Origin: Octopus vulgaris
Lineage: Eukaryota
Length of the DNA stretch: 64,000 nt
Reading direction: 5' to 3'
NCBI GenBank assembly: GCA_951406725.2
Contig: OX597816.1
Location: 149,234,001 to 149,298,000, forward strand
Below the pieces are notes generated by a model, which was given only the letters and a program-made list of their open reading frames with translations, searched no databases and had not been told where the DNA came from. How positions within the stretch are numbered: position 1 is the stretch's first letter; each line of letters begins with the position of its first letter. Both the position numbers and the translations under genes were made by a program. Positions 13,877 to 26,399 of this stretch are shown here, piece after piece.

Positions 13877-16800
13877 CTTGAGAGGACTATGATTCAGAAA
13901 TGTAGATCAGAAAAATAGAAACAAATCAGTTTAGAGAGGTAAGTTATGAACATATAAAGGTAAAAATGAAATTTCTTATTAATTACCAAGGGAAAGAAGA
14001 AAAAGAAGCTAGCACATGTATGCATGTACATCTGTCAATTTAATACAACAGTTAAGTGGATTGAGTAAATAGAGTTGCAATACAGGCAATCTGACTGCAA
14101 ATGAAATGGGTGAAAAAAAAGCTGTATATCTATTGTTTCATAAACTAATCTAACAATCTATGTGCACACAAGTGTGCTATATTAAAAAGCAGCAATGCAT
14201 GTGTGTAAAATTTGGGACTGTGAAAAATCTTGTCTAACAGGTTTCAGTAATATTACATCTCATGCTAATTTTTTTTTATGCAGTAAGAAAAACTATTTAA
14301 AAGAACAAACAAAAAATTTTTACACTAGAACATGCCAATTCGAACCATCCTGACTATCAATATGAATAGTTATCACAGTCTGTTATATAATGTTAGACAA
14401 CAAACTTATGGATAACTAAAACACAGATGACTCCGCATTACATATGAAAGTTCACAATGACTATCGAAAAAGCAGTTAAATAAGGAACAAAGAGAACAAA
14501 AATAAAAATAAAATTATGAATAAAAATCTAATAATTTAGAAGTGAGTACATATTTACAATATTTGAATGTTTTTTTTTAAAAACAATTTAAAAGGTTCTT
14601 TTATACAGGTGGAATAAACAAGTTTCAATAAAAAGCTAGTTTCAAGCAATTTTCCAATTCTAACCTTACAATAGTATGGATATTATCTACCTACACACAT
14701 ATTCATATACACATATAAAATACTAAACATAATATACACACACATCTGAGTTGGGTAAACAATTCAGAAGAGGTGACATTATCAGTCTACATATTTTGCA
14801 TAACCTCAGGAACCACTTCACAGTTGTAAAGGTGAATTGTATTGGGATGATGAGCCTTTGACATTATATATCAACCTACAGGCAACCAACCAATTTAGAA
14901 AGACCATATATTCTCTTTTAAGAGAATCTGGGCTGGCAAATCACTATACAATTAATTTAACACGTTAACTTTGTCAATGTCATTTTAGACCTGACAATGC
15001 TCTATATATTATCCTTACCTCAAACCAAACAAATCATTTCGATATATCCAAATATTCCAACCACACCAGGAACATTACTAGTATTTAGTTTTAAATATTT
15101 CTATCAGACTCCTACATTTTCCTGTAAATGAACATATATATATCTTAAATAGTGCTGTTTCTAGAAGTAGCTTTAAGGAGAGAATTAATTACCAATGTTA
15201 ATATCCAACCTTACTCAAATAAATGCAGGAGACATACAAATATTAGTACAACCCACTCATCAACTTAATAGCACCAAATCCAGTTAATAGATGCTTCTTT
15301 ACACACCTCAAGGAAGACTTTCATTCACAACACAAATGTTACTAGATATTTAAAGAAAACATTATCAGGCTCTCTTATTCAACCACCAACAATTTTGCTA
15401 AAAATCTTATGTCTAACATTTCTAAACTCAACAATTCTAGTGAATCTAGCATTCCATGTAGCTGCTCCAACCCCAGCTTGTCCCTGGTTGACTTCCATAT
15501 ACAGTTTACCAACACAATGTGAAAACAAAATCTGCCTTGAAAGCATATATCAGTATGAATTTGAATATTTTAAAACAAAATAATATGTGCATTCATCTTT
15601 AGAAATCCCAGTAAATACAATCATACATCTGGGAACTTAACAAATCTCTACCATTCCAACTCAGTTGAAAATACATGAATAGAGTGAAATCATACTCTGG
15701 AAACAAGGAACCCTGTAACCTTTGTATGGCTGAAAGTTTGGTGATCGTATTTGCAAAGGTAACCATTATTGAAGAAAATTTCTGAGCTTTTTCCTCATAT
15801 ACGCATTAGGTGCTTAAGATGTAGAGATATTTTAAAACAATTAACTACCCTGACTGCTAATGAATTCTGGATACCTATCATTTAATTCATTTCTCAATTT
15901 TAATCACCACTGATTACTTCCCACAATTTATCATAATTATCTTAGTTTTCCTGCATATCTTTTCATGCTAATTCCTTTTATTTCTTATAACAAGGTTTGT
16001 CTTTCACCATCTTTATATAGTCAATTACTTTAGTCCTTTATCTATTTATTCATCATCATCATCATTCAACATCCGTTTTCCATGCTGGCACGGGTTAGAC
16101 GGTTTGACTGAGAACTGGTAAGCAAGGGAGCTGCACCAGGTTCCAACCTGATTCCTTCTATTATAAATATTCCTAATACTAAGATCAGGATTACTAATGC
16201 TATTGTTCCATAAAGGTTCACCTCCATGGTTATAATGATGGTGACAATGACAATAAAAAAATTTTTAAGTAATAGATTGTGTTAATATTACTATTATCAC
16301 CAATATTATTATCATCAGGGCAGTGAAGTGATAGAATCATTGGAGCATCAGTCAAGCTACTGTGCTACAATTGTCCACACACTGTGTTCTGAGCTTGAAA
16401 GTTGCTTTGGATTAACTTTGCTGTGCGCACCTTCAAAGACAGTAAAACATCAGTCAAGTGTTAAGGTTGTTTTAAATTGAAACCTAACCAATTTTCTAGC
16501 TATGTTTGATACAGTTATTAGTACAGCTATTGTTATCATTACTATCACCATCATTATTAGTATCTTTTATTATGATGATGAATATTGTTAGAGAGTTCAA
16601 TGCATTGTGGTATTTTTCTAGCTCTCCTATGTTCTGAGTTCAAATCCTGCTCAAGTCAACTTTACCTTTCATCCTTCTGGGATCAATGGTATTGAATAGC
16701 CACCCCTTCCTTCAAAATTGGTGGTTTGTGCCTAATTAGGAACAATGAAGCATTATTTTTATGGTCATTATTATTGTTGATGATGATGTAATTGTGAATG

Positions 16801-19279
16801 CTGTCACTTATAATGATGATAGTAATGATACTATTGTCAGTGTTATTACTTGTAATAGTATTACAATGAATTTACTATTTTAAATTTTGTTTCTTAATCT
16901 ATCTCCAGTATTGAAATATATTATACTTAATTTCTAATTTATTTAGTTACTTGAGCATAAGACACCAAATACCTGCTCTTAAATTTCTCAAAGTTACAAC
17001 AGAACTTTTATTGGCAAACCTAGATTCCAATTAATAGAAGGGCACCAAAACAAACAGTAATCAATAAATAAAAACAAAATACAAACACAATTATACATTA
17101 CAACTCTTAGACACTCCTATAAATTCTTAGCCCAATCAACCATCTCAACTTGAATATTAATTTAGGTTGTACCCAGTCTCTTCAGCTTTGATGTATGTGA
17201 ATATATAGATGTGGTCTTGCTGAATTGTTAAGTTCACTTCACAACCACAAGGTTCAGGGTTAGATCCCACTGTGTGGCATCCTGGGCAAAAGCCATTTTC
17301 TAAAGCTTCAGATTGACCTATACTTTCTAAGTAAAATTGGGTTGATGGGAACTGTATTATAGAAACCTATTGGGTGGACTGAAGCTGTAATTCAGAAGGC
17401 ACAGCCTTGTCAGACACACAATCAAACAAATTCTGCTTGAACACTGAGTCATTTACACATTAATTCAAGATGCCAATTATAGAATAATACTGAGTCCATT
17501 GCTTGTTACTAAGCTGTAGAGTAAAAACTTCACAACCAAGCAGATGACATGCAGTATTTTTTTCTTTTTTTAAAGTTAAGAAGGAAGGTAATGGTCATGA
17601 CTCTTTATAGGACCTCTGAAATTGCAGGGAAAAAGCAATAGAAAAGCCTACTTATATTGGAGACCTGGTACAAATACTTGTAACAGAAGATTCCATTAAA
17701 GGCACTAAAAGTGCCAGATTCTGCTTTTATTTCAGGTAGCATATTAAGTCTGCTACAGCTATCACAAACTTTCCTTTCTCACTTAACTACAACTACATAA
17801 TCAGGACATGTGACATTGTTTATAGACCTATGTCTACCAGCATTATTGAATGATTGGCAGACATGAGTAGTCCTTTTGTCTTTGGTTTGCAATGAGATTT
17901 GTCACAGATGATAGTCCTTTCATGTGGCTAACAAGACAAGCAATAGATGGATAAATGTTGTCACATATTGAACATTTGCAGGGATTATTGCTATGGAGTT
18001 TCCTTTCCTTTTGTTTGGTTTAATTTTGCATATTGAATGATTTTCTTCAAAATGTATGAATGCTTTCAGTATATTTTTCTTTATGATACCCTTTTAACTG
18101 CAATAACTTCCCAAGTTTGCACATTAATATTGCTCTTCTTCAGATCCAATTTAAGAAGACCATAGTTCTTCATAGACAGAAGCTTTAGAATTGTTCCAAA
18201 TGAGTTACATGACTTGCTTACTTCAGTCTGTAAAATTGCAAGCAAGTTTCCATGCTGCTGTTCCATGAAATTAACAGGCAAGCGGTTGAACACTCCATAG
18301 ACATGCATACCCATAACATAGTTCTCAGGGAGATTCAGTGCGACACAGAATGTGACTAGGTTGGCCCTCTGAATTACAGGTACTACTAATTTTTGTGAGC
18401 TAAGTGAACTGGAGCAATGTGAAATAAACAAAGTGACGTGCTTGTTTGATGATACTTTTGCTGAAAATGCTCAACTGCTTAACGTTTAGCATCATTTTGT
18501 ATATATTATTGAGATCAGAGAATATTGTGATATTCCAAAAGATTCTATTTATCTTGTCATCAAGATTTGTATGTGATTAATATGCTAGCAAGATATTTAA
18601 AGGAAGATAGTTTTTAAAGTTATACCAAACAACATTGGGAGATACATGAGATTTTTCAGACAAATGCTGAATATAAGAATAATTTTACCATGGTCTATTA
18701 TAAGACTTAACATGTTATATACCAATAAAATTTTGTCAATAAGAATTTGAAGATCGTTTCTATTATGTGTGACATTATTCGTCGTTAGCAAATATAAATG
18801 TGCCTTATTAGAGTTAAGAAGTGATTTACAATTAAGATGTTGAATAATTTATCAATTATATGGCTGCAAATATAAATACCATTAAAGAAGCTTTGAAATT
18901 TATATAAAAAAAAAAGCTCTTGTGAAATATATGGAAAATCGAGTAAGAACAGTCATGTCAATCATTGAAAAAGGGCCTAAGAATTCTTAATTAATGTGAA
19001 AAGATTTGGGTAGGGAATAGATCACTGTTTTATGAATCTCCATTGATAAATGAAAATATCATTACTTCCTTGCTTAGCAGGAAAACTGAGTGTTAGGAGG
19101 AAAGGATATCCTAACATTGAAAAAGCCTATCCAAAATTGTCACATGCACACATTACTACACACCAATATACATACAGATACATATACAGATATAAAAACC
19201 TACATAAATACACACATTGTTCCCATTGCTTGGTCTGGAGGAAGAAGCAAAGTCTGCACACGTACACACGTAAATACAT

Positions 19280-20900
19280 TCATACATCACCATCATATTA
19301 CATTAAGTTTTCATGCTGGCACAGGTAGGATAGGTTGCCAAAGATGCTAATCTAGACAAGTAAGAAGATTGTATATTGCCCATGAATTTCTTTTTTGGCT
19401 TAGTTTCTATATAAATATACAAATGCTAAATGATGATAGATATATATATAGCTAATGATGATATTGTATCATGTAAGTTGTCTGATAGGTCAAAGGACTA
19501 CCTAGTTCTGGTTTGGCATGGTTTCTATGGTTGGATGCTCTTTCTAATGCCAACCACTGTACAGAGAATACTGGGCTCTTTTTTGTGTTACCAGCATTAG
19601 TGAGGTTGTCGAGTAGCTTGCAAGACAAGACACCTTGATTGAAGGGGGTGTAGTATTGAAGGAGGTAGATTATGCCAGGTAGCGAAAGGCAAGAGTTTGA
19701 CAGAGTAATAGAAACAGGTGTCCTGTTGTAGTGATGGTACACAGTTATTCCGAGTGTAAAAAAGAGAGACAAAGATGGTGCTGATAAAAAATGTGGGTCC
19801 CTATGTGAAAAAATATACACACATAAAAGGAAAAGAAGTCCCACTCATGCCAGCATGAAAATAAAAGTGATATTCAATTTAAGACAGTATATACTGAAGG
19901 TTAAGTGTAAAAAGAACTTTGGAGAGTGGGATACTAAAATCAAGTGGAGAACTTGAGTGATAGGGAGAGGGAGGGAGAGAGAGAGAGAGTGTGTGTGCAT
20001 ATATATATATATAAATGTATATATGCTTACATAAACATGTCACACATTTAAGGATATGTAACAAATAGATGTAAATATATATGAACACATAGTTACAGAT
20101 GCTTCTCAAGCATATGGTCTCCACAGAGTTAGGAAGGGCATCCAACTGTAGAAAGACTGCCAAACCAGACTAAAAGTCTGGTGCAGCCCCCCCATCCCAA
20201 CTTGCCAGCTCTGGTCAAACTGTCCAACCTATGCCAGCATGGACAACAGACAGTAAATTATGATATATATATATATAGGAAACCGGTTATTTCTCAAAAA
20301 ACTATGTTACTATATACAAAATTTTCTAACATTTTTCTAACATAACGACTTAAATATATTCTTTAACCCTATAAAACAAGCCTTCTGTAGTTTTTTCACT
20401 TTTCTATTTTTATACATCCAACCACGTGCTTTCACACACCAACTTTCTCACCTATATATATATATATATAGACATGTGTGCATGCATACTTTATACACAC
20501 ATTTCCCCCAGCTACTTCCACCTAGCATTATATAATGAGTTAGCCATGTATCACCTCTAGGGCAAGACACTCTTGCTTGTCCCTCTACAGTACTTTAAGC
20601 CTAACACCTGGAATAAAGCCACCAGTCCCCACTTCTAAAAACACTCTCCTCACTTAGTTGAACAAACCTTTTCCTTTTCTCACCTTACAAGTTACTCGGC
20701 CACCTCATTAGTGCCGGTGGCATTAAAAAAAAACACAGCAGCCAGAACACATTGTAAAGTGATTGGTGTTAGGAAGAGCATCATGCTATAGAAACCATGC
20801 CAAAGCTTATACAGGAGCTTAATATAGCCCTTCAGCTTACCAGATCCTGTTAAACTGTCCAACCCATGCCAGCAAGAAAATAAACAGTAAATAATGATGA
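19280..20900. mobile_element. Cluster of (GAT)n-tailed SINE copies and fragments in both orientations
   Basis: Recurring catgctggca / tgccagcatg, ggatgc.cttc.taatgccaaccact and gaagggcatcc motifs. Confidence 0.7.
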
Positions 20901-21349
20901 ACACACACACCATTTTAGCATCAACTTTTTCAGGCTTGCATAGGTCAAATGGAATTTGTTGAAGCAGATTTTCAACAGCCAATGTCAGGACATGTTTCCA
21001 TGGGAGATTGGAAATGAAGAACACCCTTGTAGGATGGTGCTCCTTTGCAACTACTGCTCTATATCAAAGCAAAGAGACAGAAAAACACACAAATACGACA
21101 GATTTCTTTCAGTTTCCATCTCCCAAATCCGCGCAAAAGACTTCTGTTTTACTGGGGCTATAATAGAGACTTCCCCATATATATATATATATATATATGC
21201 ATATATAGATACACATACATATCTATTTCATAACTCAATTGTGGAAGAGCCATTTCCGACATCTAATAAACACATTGAGCTCTTAGATTCATTTTCATCT
21301 AGATTTATTTCATGAGGTCACAAAATTTTTGTTACACAACTAGCAGCTT

Positions 21350-22150
21350 GTCACTGACACAGTTCCAGTGCAAATATTGATAATCAGTTTAAGCTTATTT
21401 ATGTAGATTGACAGGGTTTTACATTTTTATCATTTGCTTACGTATTTCTTGTTGAGCTGAGAGGCATATAGTTTTGTATTTATGTAGAATGACAATGTCT
21501 AATTATATGTTAACTATAATGAAGGTAATATGGATGTAGTTTCACTGTATCTATCCATATAAAATTTGCAGAACTGATTTTTAAGAGCAAGGCAATATTC
21601 CTTAATATTAATACTGATGTGCTTGGCCTTTTCCTAGTTATTAATACATGCGGTAAAGAATACCTCTTTAAGCAACCTACAGAATTCCTGTCCCATCTTG
21701 ACCTAAGACAAGGCATACAGTGAACCATTGCTATTTCTTTCAAAAAGACTTCAAGCAAATCCTGAGTTGGTTGGACCAGAGCAATCCACTACATTTTAGA
21801 TAGTCACATTGTAAGAACCACAGTTGCATGTGCATTTGGCGTCATTCCTAAAGCTACCTTGAAGAATTATATTTCTAAGTTTGAGAACAAATTTCATAAA
21901 CAAATGAAATGTGATGCAATCTGAGTTGGAATTGTTGCTGACATTACCAACCTTTGCATGGTGTAGCCAGATGGGAAATGAAACCAGAAAATAATTAAAT
22001 CTAGCATTGCTCTCAATTTAAACTGTATTTTTCCTGCATACAAGTTGAAATTTTCAGACAAAAAATTCCATGTGAAATGCAGCAGGATTTGAAAGAGAAT
22101 GAAGTTTGAATGTTTACATTACATTTTAACATAATGTATAATGTTGACTT
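21350..22150 (+). mobile_element. Possible heavily decayed hAT (Charlie/Buster-like) transposase remnant
   Basis: Near 21780 a sequence faintly resembling the HCxxH(R) motif; many stops. Confidence 0.25.
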
Positions 22151-23619
22151 TTATGCTGGAAAATATACTATCATTAACCTCATTAAAGTGAATCTTCATA
22201 TTGACAAACATGTGGATAGAGAACACATGATGAATACTATATAGTACATAGCAATTTCATCTGTTACTGACTACTCCTCTATGTACCTAAATAGCCATTT
22301 ATCTGTACTGAACACTTAAATTATGAACAGAAATCATTATCATCAACAGTACACCAAAATCATACATACTACACATGCAATATAGAAAACTTATGGTGAA
22401 CCAAAAAAGATTTTGTAATGAAAACTGTCAAAACAAACATTTTAGTAGTAGACTTAGCAAAAGTGGTAAGAAATGAGCTATTCATGTGCCAACTGCAAGA
22501 ATGGCGGAAATTCATTTAGTATTTTAGTTTAAAAAGATAGTCAACTGGTTACACACTAAAAAATGGGCTCAAAGTGTTATAAAGGAACAAAGAAAAGGTG
22601 TGATAATAGTCTAAAAAAATACAGATGGAACATGCCCTTTATGTGTAACAAGTTTGCAATAGGGTAGTTAGGGACAATAAGATAGTCAAGACCAGTATAC
22701 TCAGTGACAATAAAGAGCTTTGTGTAATGTTTATAAACATGACAATAGTGAATTAGCTTGTAAATGTAGAAGTATCTTAAAAGAATCTAAAATTATCTGT
22801 AAATCTCATCCTTTTGACAAGGTCACTTGTGAAAGTGGCAATGAAATAAATATATGCCAGAAACCCACATATCAACTCCAAGGTCATAAAGAGCCTTAAA
22901 GGAACATGTGCTAACCTCTTATATGGAAGAGACTGCATACATATTAATGAATGATTCAGTGAACATTGGAACAGTTAAAAATAAAAGTACTTCTATTTTT
23001 TTACCAACATACATACAGTATAGTCAATCAATACAGTGAATGTATAGCTGCATATCCCTATGGCATAATGCTTATACAAATAACTGAATCAGTTGACATA
23101 CTAGAAAACATACCTAGTTCCAACTGTCAGTCCAAATGGGGCTAACAATAATGCTCCACACACTCAAAATACATATATACATGTATGGAGTGTGTGTATA
23201 TGCATATGTGCACACAAAGTATATAATTATGTGTAATCACATTTGTAAGTTTATACAGATAGATGTATGTATTTATCAACATTTGCCCATCTCTCCAACC
23301 CTACTTTGCTTCCCCATTTTTGTACACTTTTGAACAATTTAACCTATACATATAAATATATATATATAATTATGTGCAAAGACATTTGTAAGTTAATACA
23401 GACAGATGCCCGTAACTTTATCAAGATTGTCTCTTTAACATTTTGCTAATCGCATACTAATTTTTTCCTTCTATTCAAAGTATAATTTTGAAACATGTAA
23501 CAGAACCCAATTTCTAAGACAATATAACAGTTTTATACATAGTAATTGAAAATGAGGAGGTAACAAAATACAATAAATAAATGTGAAACAAGTAAAGAAA
23601 ATTGGTAGAATGATGACAG

Positions 23620-23843
23620 TTACCCTTTTGATACCAACCCTCCTGAAACCACTTCTGATTTAGTGATACAAAATTCTTTTAAAATGATTAAAATGAAAAC
23701 CTATAAAAATTCCATGTTAATTCAGGTTCCAAATAGACGCTGAATAATGAGAGTTCTCTTACTAAGTTCTTCATTATTTTCAAATTTAACTGTAATAATG
23801 AAAGCAGTGCATTTCAACAAAAATATGGTAATAAAAGGGTTAA
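23620..23843. mobile_element. TTAA-type MITE, family 2
   Basis: cccttttgatacca ... tggtaataaaaggg-ttaa termini; homologous to 32109-32337 and about 59659-59838. Confidence 0.7.
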
Positions 23844-24250
23844 TATACACTAGGTTGCAAACAAACAAATTGAAAATGATTGCTGATTACTGCTGTCATG
23901 TGGTCAGATATCAATCTACATGAATACAACAAACCCATATGCTATTAAGCTCAACAATAAAAAGGGAACAAAATAAAAAAATCTTCAGACATAAAAACTG
24001 GCTATTAAATAGTTGTAGCAGAACTATTTCAGTGACAAGGCTGCATTTGTGCTATGAAAATTTTGACAGCACATGAAATAAACTTAAAGGGAAATTAACA
24101 GCTTGAATGGCTCAACATAGTTGCTTCAGTTTCAACATATGATCTTAAATCAAGTTACTACCACAACTCAAATAAACAAATATATATATATATATATATT
24201 TTTCTATAGACACATACACACCTTAGCCTAGTCATACACATGAATATGTA

Positions 24251-24303
<53 letters not shown>

Positions 24304-24617
24304 CATAAATATAGGGCATATCTGTCTTATATACACATACCATCATCTGAAGATGATTTCAAAGAAAACTGTATTATAACTCCCATTTAACTAAATGATT
24401 GTCTGCAGGAAAAAAGTATGAAGGAAAGAGGCTGTGCAAAGTTTACAATGCAAATGATAAGGTATATGCAAAAAGAAGGGTATTTCACTATTTTGCAAGA
24501 CTATAATTTATGGAGGTGTGTGTGAATCTGATCTAATATCAAATTTTCTTTAGTCATGCACATCCTATATACTTTAAAACACCCCCACCTCCAACCTTTA
24601 TAAACTATAAAGGTCGA

Positions 24618-24675
24618 TATTTCCTTATTTACTAGCTAAAGGCTTTCAAGCCTTTAGCTAGTATATAAGGAAATA
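24618..24675. repeat. Near-perfect palindrome: 28-bp arms, 1 mismatch, 2-nt loop
   Basis: tatttccttatttactagctaaaggctt-tc-aagcctttagctagtatataaggaaata. Confidence 0.95.
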
Positions 24676-25354
24676 ATCACTACCTATTTCATTTTCTTTT
24701 TGTGGAATAAGAATATCCAAGACTACAATTATCTGATGTGGTGTCCTTCCATTGTAGTGGAACCTAAGGAGATCTGACTACTATTTTTAGAAGATCTAGT
24801 AACCACGTAAATGAAACTGGTGAATGTATAGATGTTTTGGTCTACATTCTGTTACCATCTCTGGATGGTAATCGTGAACACAGAGTTCGTTTATAAACAA
24901 CGTTACTTGTTGCACTGGCACAAGTCCACAAATGCAATAGGTAACCAACCATAATGTGTTACTTTATCGACTCCAGAGAGACGAAAGGCAAAATTCAACC
25001 TTGCCAGGATTTGAACTTAGAATCTAGAACAATGACATCATATACTGTAAAGCATTTATTCAATCATGACGCGTTCTACCATTTCTGCCGCTTTCACTGC
25101 CTTCATATTAAAAAAAAAATCGATCGTAACAGGGTAACTTTAACAACAGTAAATATATCAAATAGCAAAAAAAAAAAGAAAAAGTTCGGTGAATAAAACA
25201 GTTGAAAAAAGAGACGAAAAACATGCACCCTTTTTCGTTTTTGCTTTTGTTGTTTTGCATTGTTTTTTATAAACATATCCAAACAAATGTCAATAGAGAG
25301 GAAAAAAAAAAGAACAAGAACAAATTTGAATAAAAACTAAGCAGTCATTCTACA

Positions 25355-26314
25355 TCATACCGATGTTTCTTTAAAGTGTCTTTTCTGCATGACCCTTTTT
25401 AAATTCCTTCGCGGTAAGGTAGCCACAGCACCTGTTGATTCTCTGTGTCCTTTGTGCGGGGAATGTGGTAGCTTTTTTAGTTCTCTCCCCAGAAGAGAGA
25501 CACTGCTGTGACGTCTGTAATTGCTATCATTTGCTTCTTGCTCCAACAGATGTATGCTGTTTCGCCGCTTGTCCACCCATTCATCTATTTCCTTTTCTAA
25601 GTGCGACGTCCTTTTACGATGAAGGGACACCCACTTTTCTAAATCCGTTTCCCTATTTAAAGCACTCTGCTGACATTGACCAACCCATTTCTCTAAATCC
25701 CTCTCCAAGCTAGCAGCATTCTCTCGCTGCTGGATCTCCCATTTTTCAAGGTCTCTATCCAAACTCACTGAAATATCATGATAGGGTACTGGCCATTTAT
25801 GAAGAATTCGTTCTTTGTTCAGTATAGCAGTGGGACGCTTACACATCAATTTTTTAATATTTTTATCCAGACTAGATACTTCTGTGTTCAGACCTTTCCA
25901 TTTATCTACACCTGAATAGTAAGATTGATTAATTTTCGCCCATTTTTCGAGATCACGGTCCAAGCTGGAAGCTACATCATGTAATTGACTAGTTGTCCAC
26001 CTGTTGAGTGGTTTATGATGAGATGGAGTGCTATGTTGGCTAGCCCACCTTTCTAGCTCTGCTAGGTGTGAGGCACTCCCATGATGTCCACTGCTCAGCC
26101 GTTCCATATCACCCTCAAGCAGGGACTCACTGGTCTCCTGTTGTAACGACCAGTTTGGGGTTTCCTCTCCAAAAGCAGAAACGGCATCTTGTTGCTGTTC
26201 CTCCCACAATGCCAAATCTCCCAGGGCAGACGCCGTACCTTGCAGGTCATCTTTCTCCTCCTCTTCCAGAGAAGAGTGGCTACATGGCTGCTCTTGATCC
26301 AGTTTCGGACGGCT
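25355..26314 (-). CDS. Large exon encoding an orphan protein segment with about 18-aa helical repeats (SLxRDLEKW), 319 aa
   Basis: 960-nt open frame in AT-rich DNA. It extends 33 codons upstream of the listed TTG to a phase-0 acceptor gtaactttag|AGC, and ends either at the stop after ETSV or at a phase-0 donor TCG|gtatga (25361/25360). Confidence 0.8.
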   Translation of the reverse strand, partial: SRPKLDQEQPCSHSSLEEEEKDDLQGTASALGDLALWEEQQQDAVSAFGEETPNWSLQQETSESLLEGDMERLSSGHHGSASHLAELERWASQHSTPSHHKPLNRWTTSQLHDVASSLDRDLEKWAKINQSYYSGVDKWKGLNTEVSSLDKNIKKLMCKRPTAILNKERILHKWPVPYHDISVSLDRDLEKWEIQQRENAASLERDLEKWVGQCQQSALNRETDLEKWVSLHRKRTSHLEKEIDEWVDKRRNSIHLLEQEANDSNYRRHSSVSLLGRELKKLPHSPHKGHRESTGAVATLPRRNLKRVMQKRHFKETSV

Positions 26315-26399
26315 CTAAAGTTACAGTCACACAAGTAACATAAAAGGATACATTTCCCACAAAAAGCTTATGACAGCTGATCTAACGACAATAACGCAT

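Noticed and set aside
18081-18960. Possible DNA-transposon-derived coding remnant
   Set aside because: No diagnostic motif that I could assign with confidence.
25355-26215. Vangl/Frizzled-like protein suggested by the C-terminal ETSV
   Set aside because: No transmembrane segments and no other similarity.
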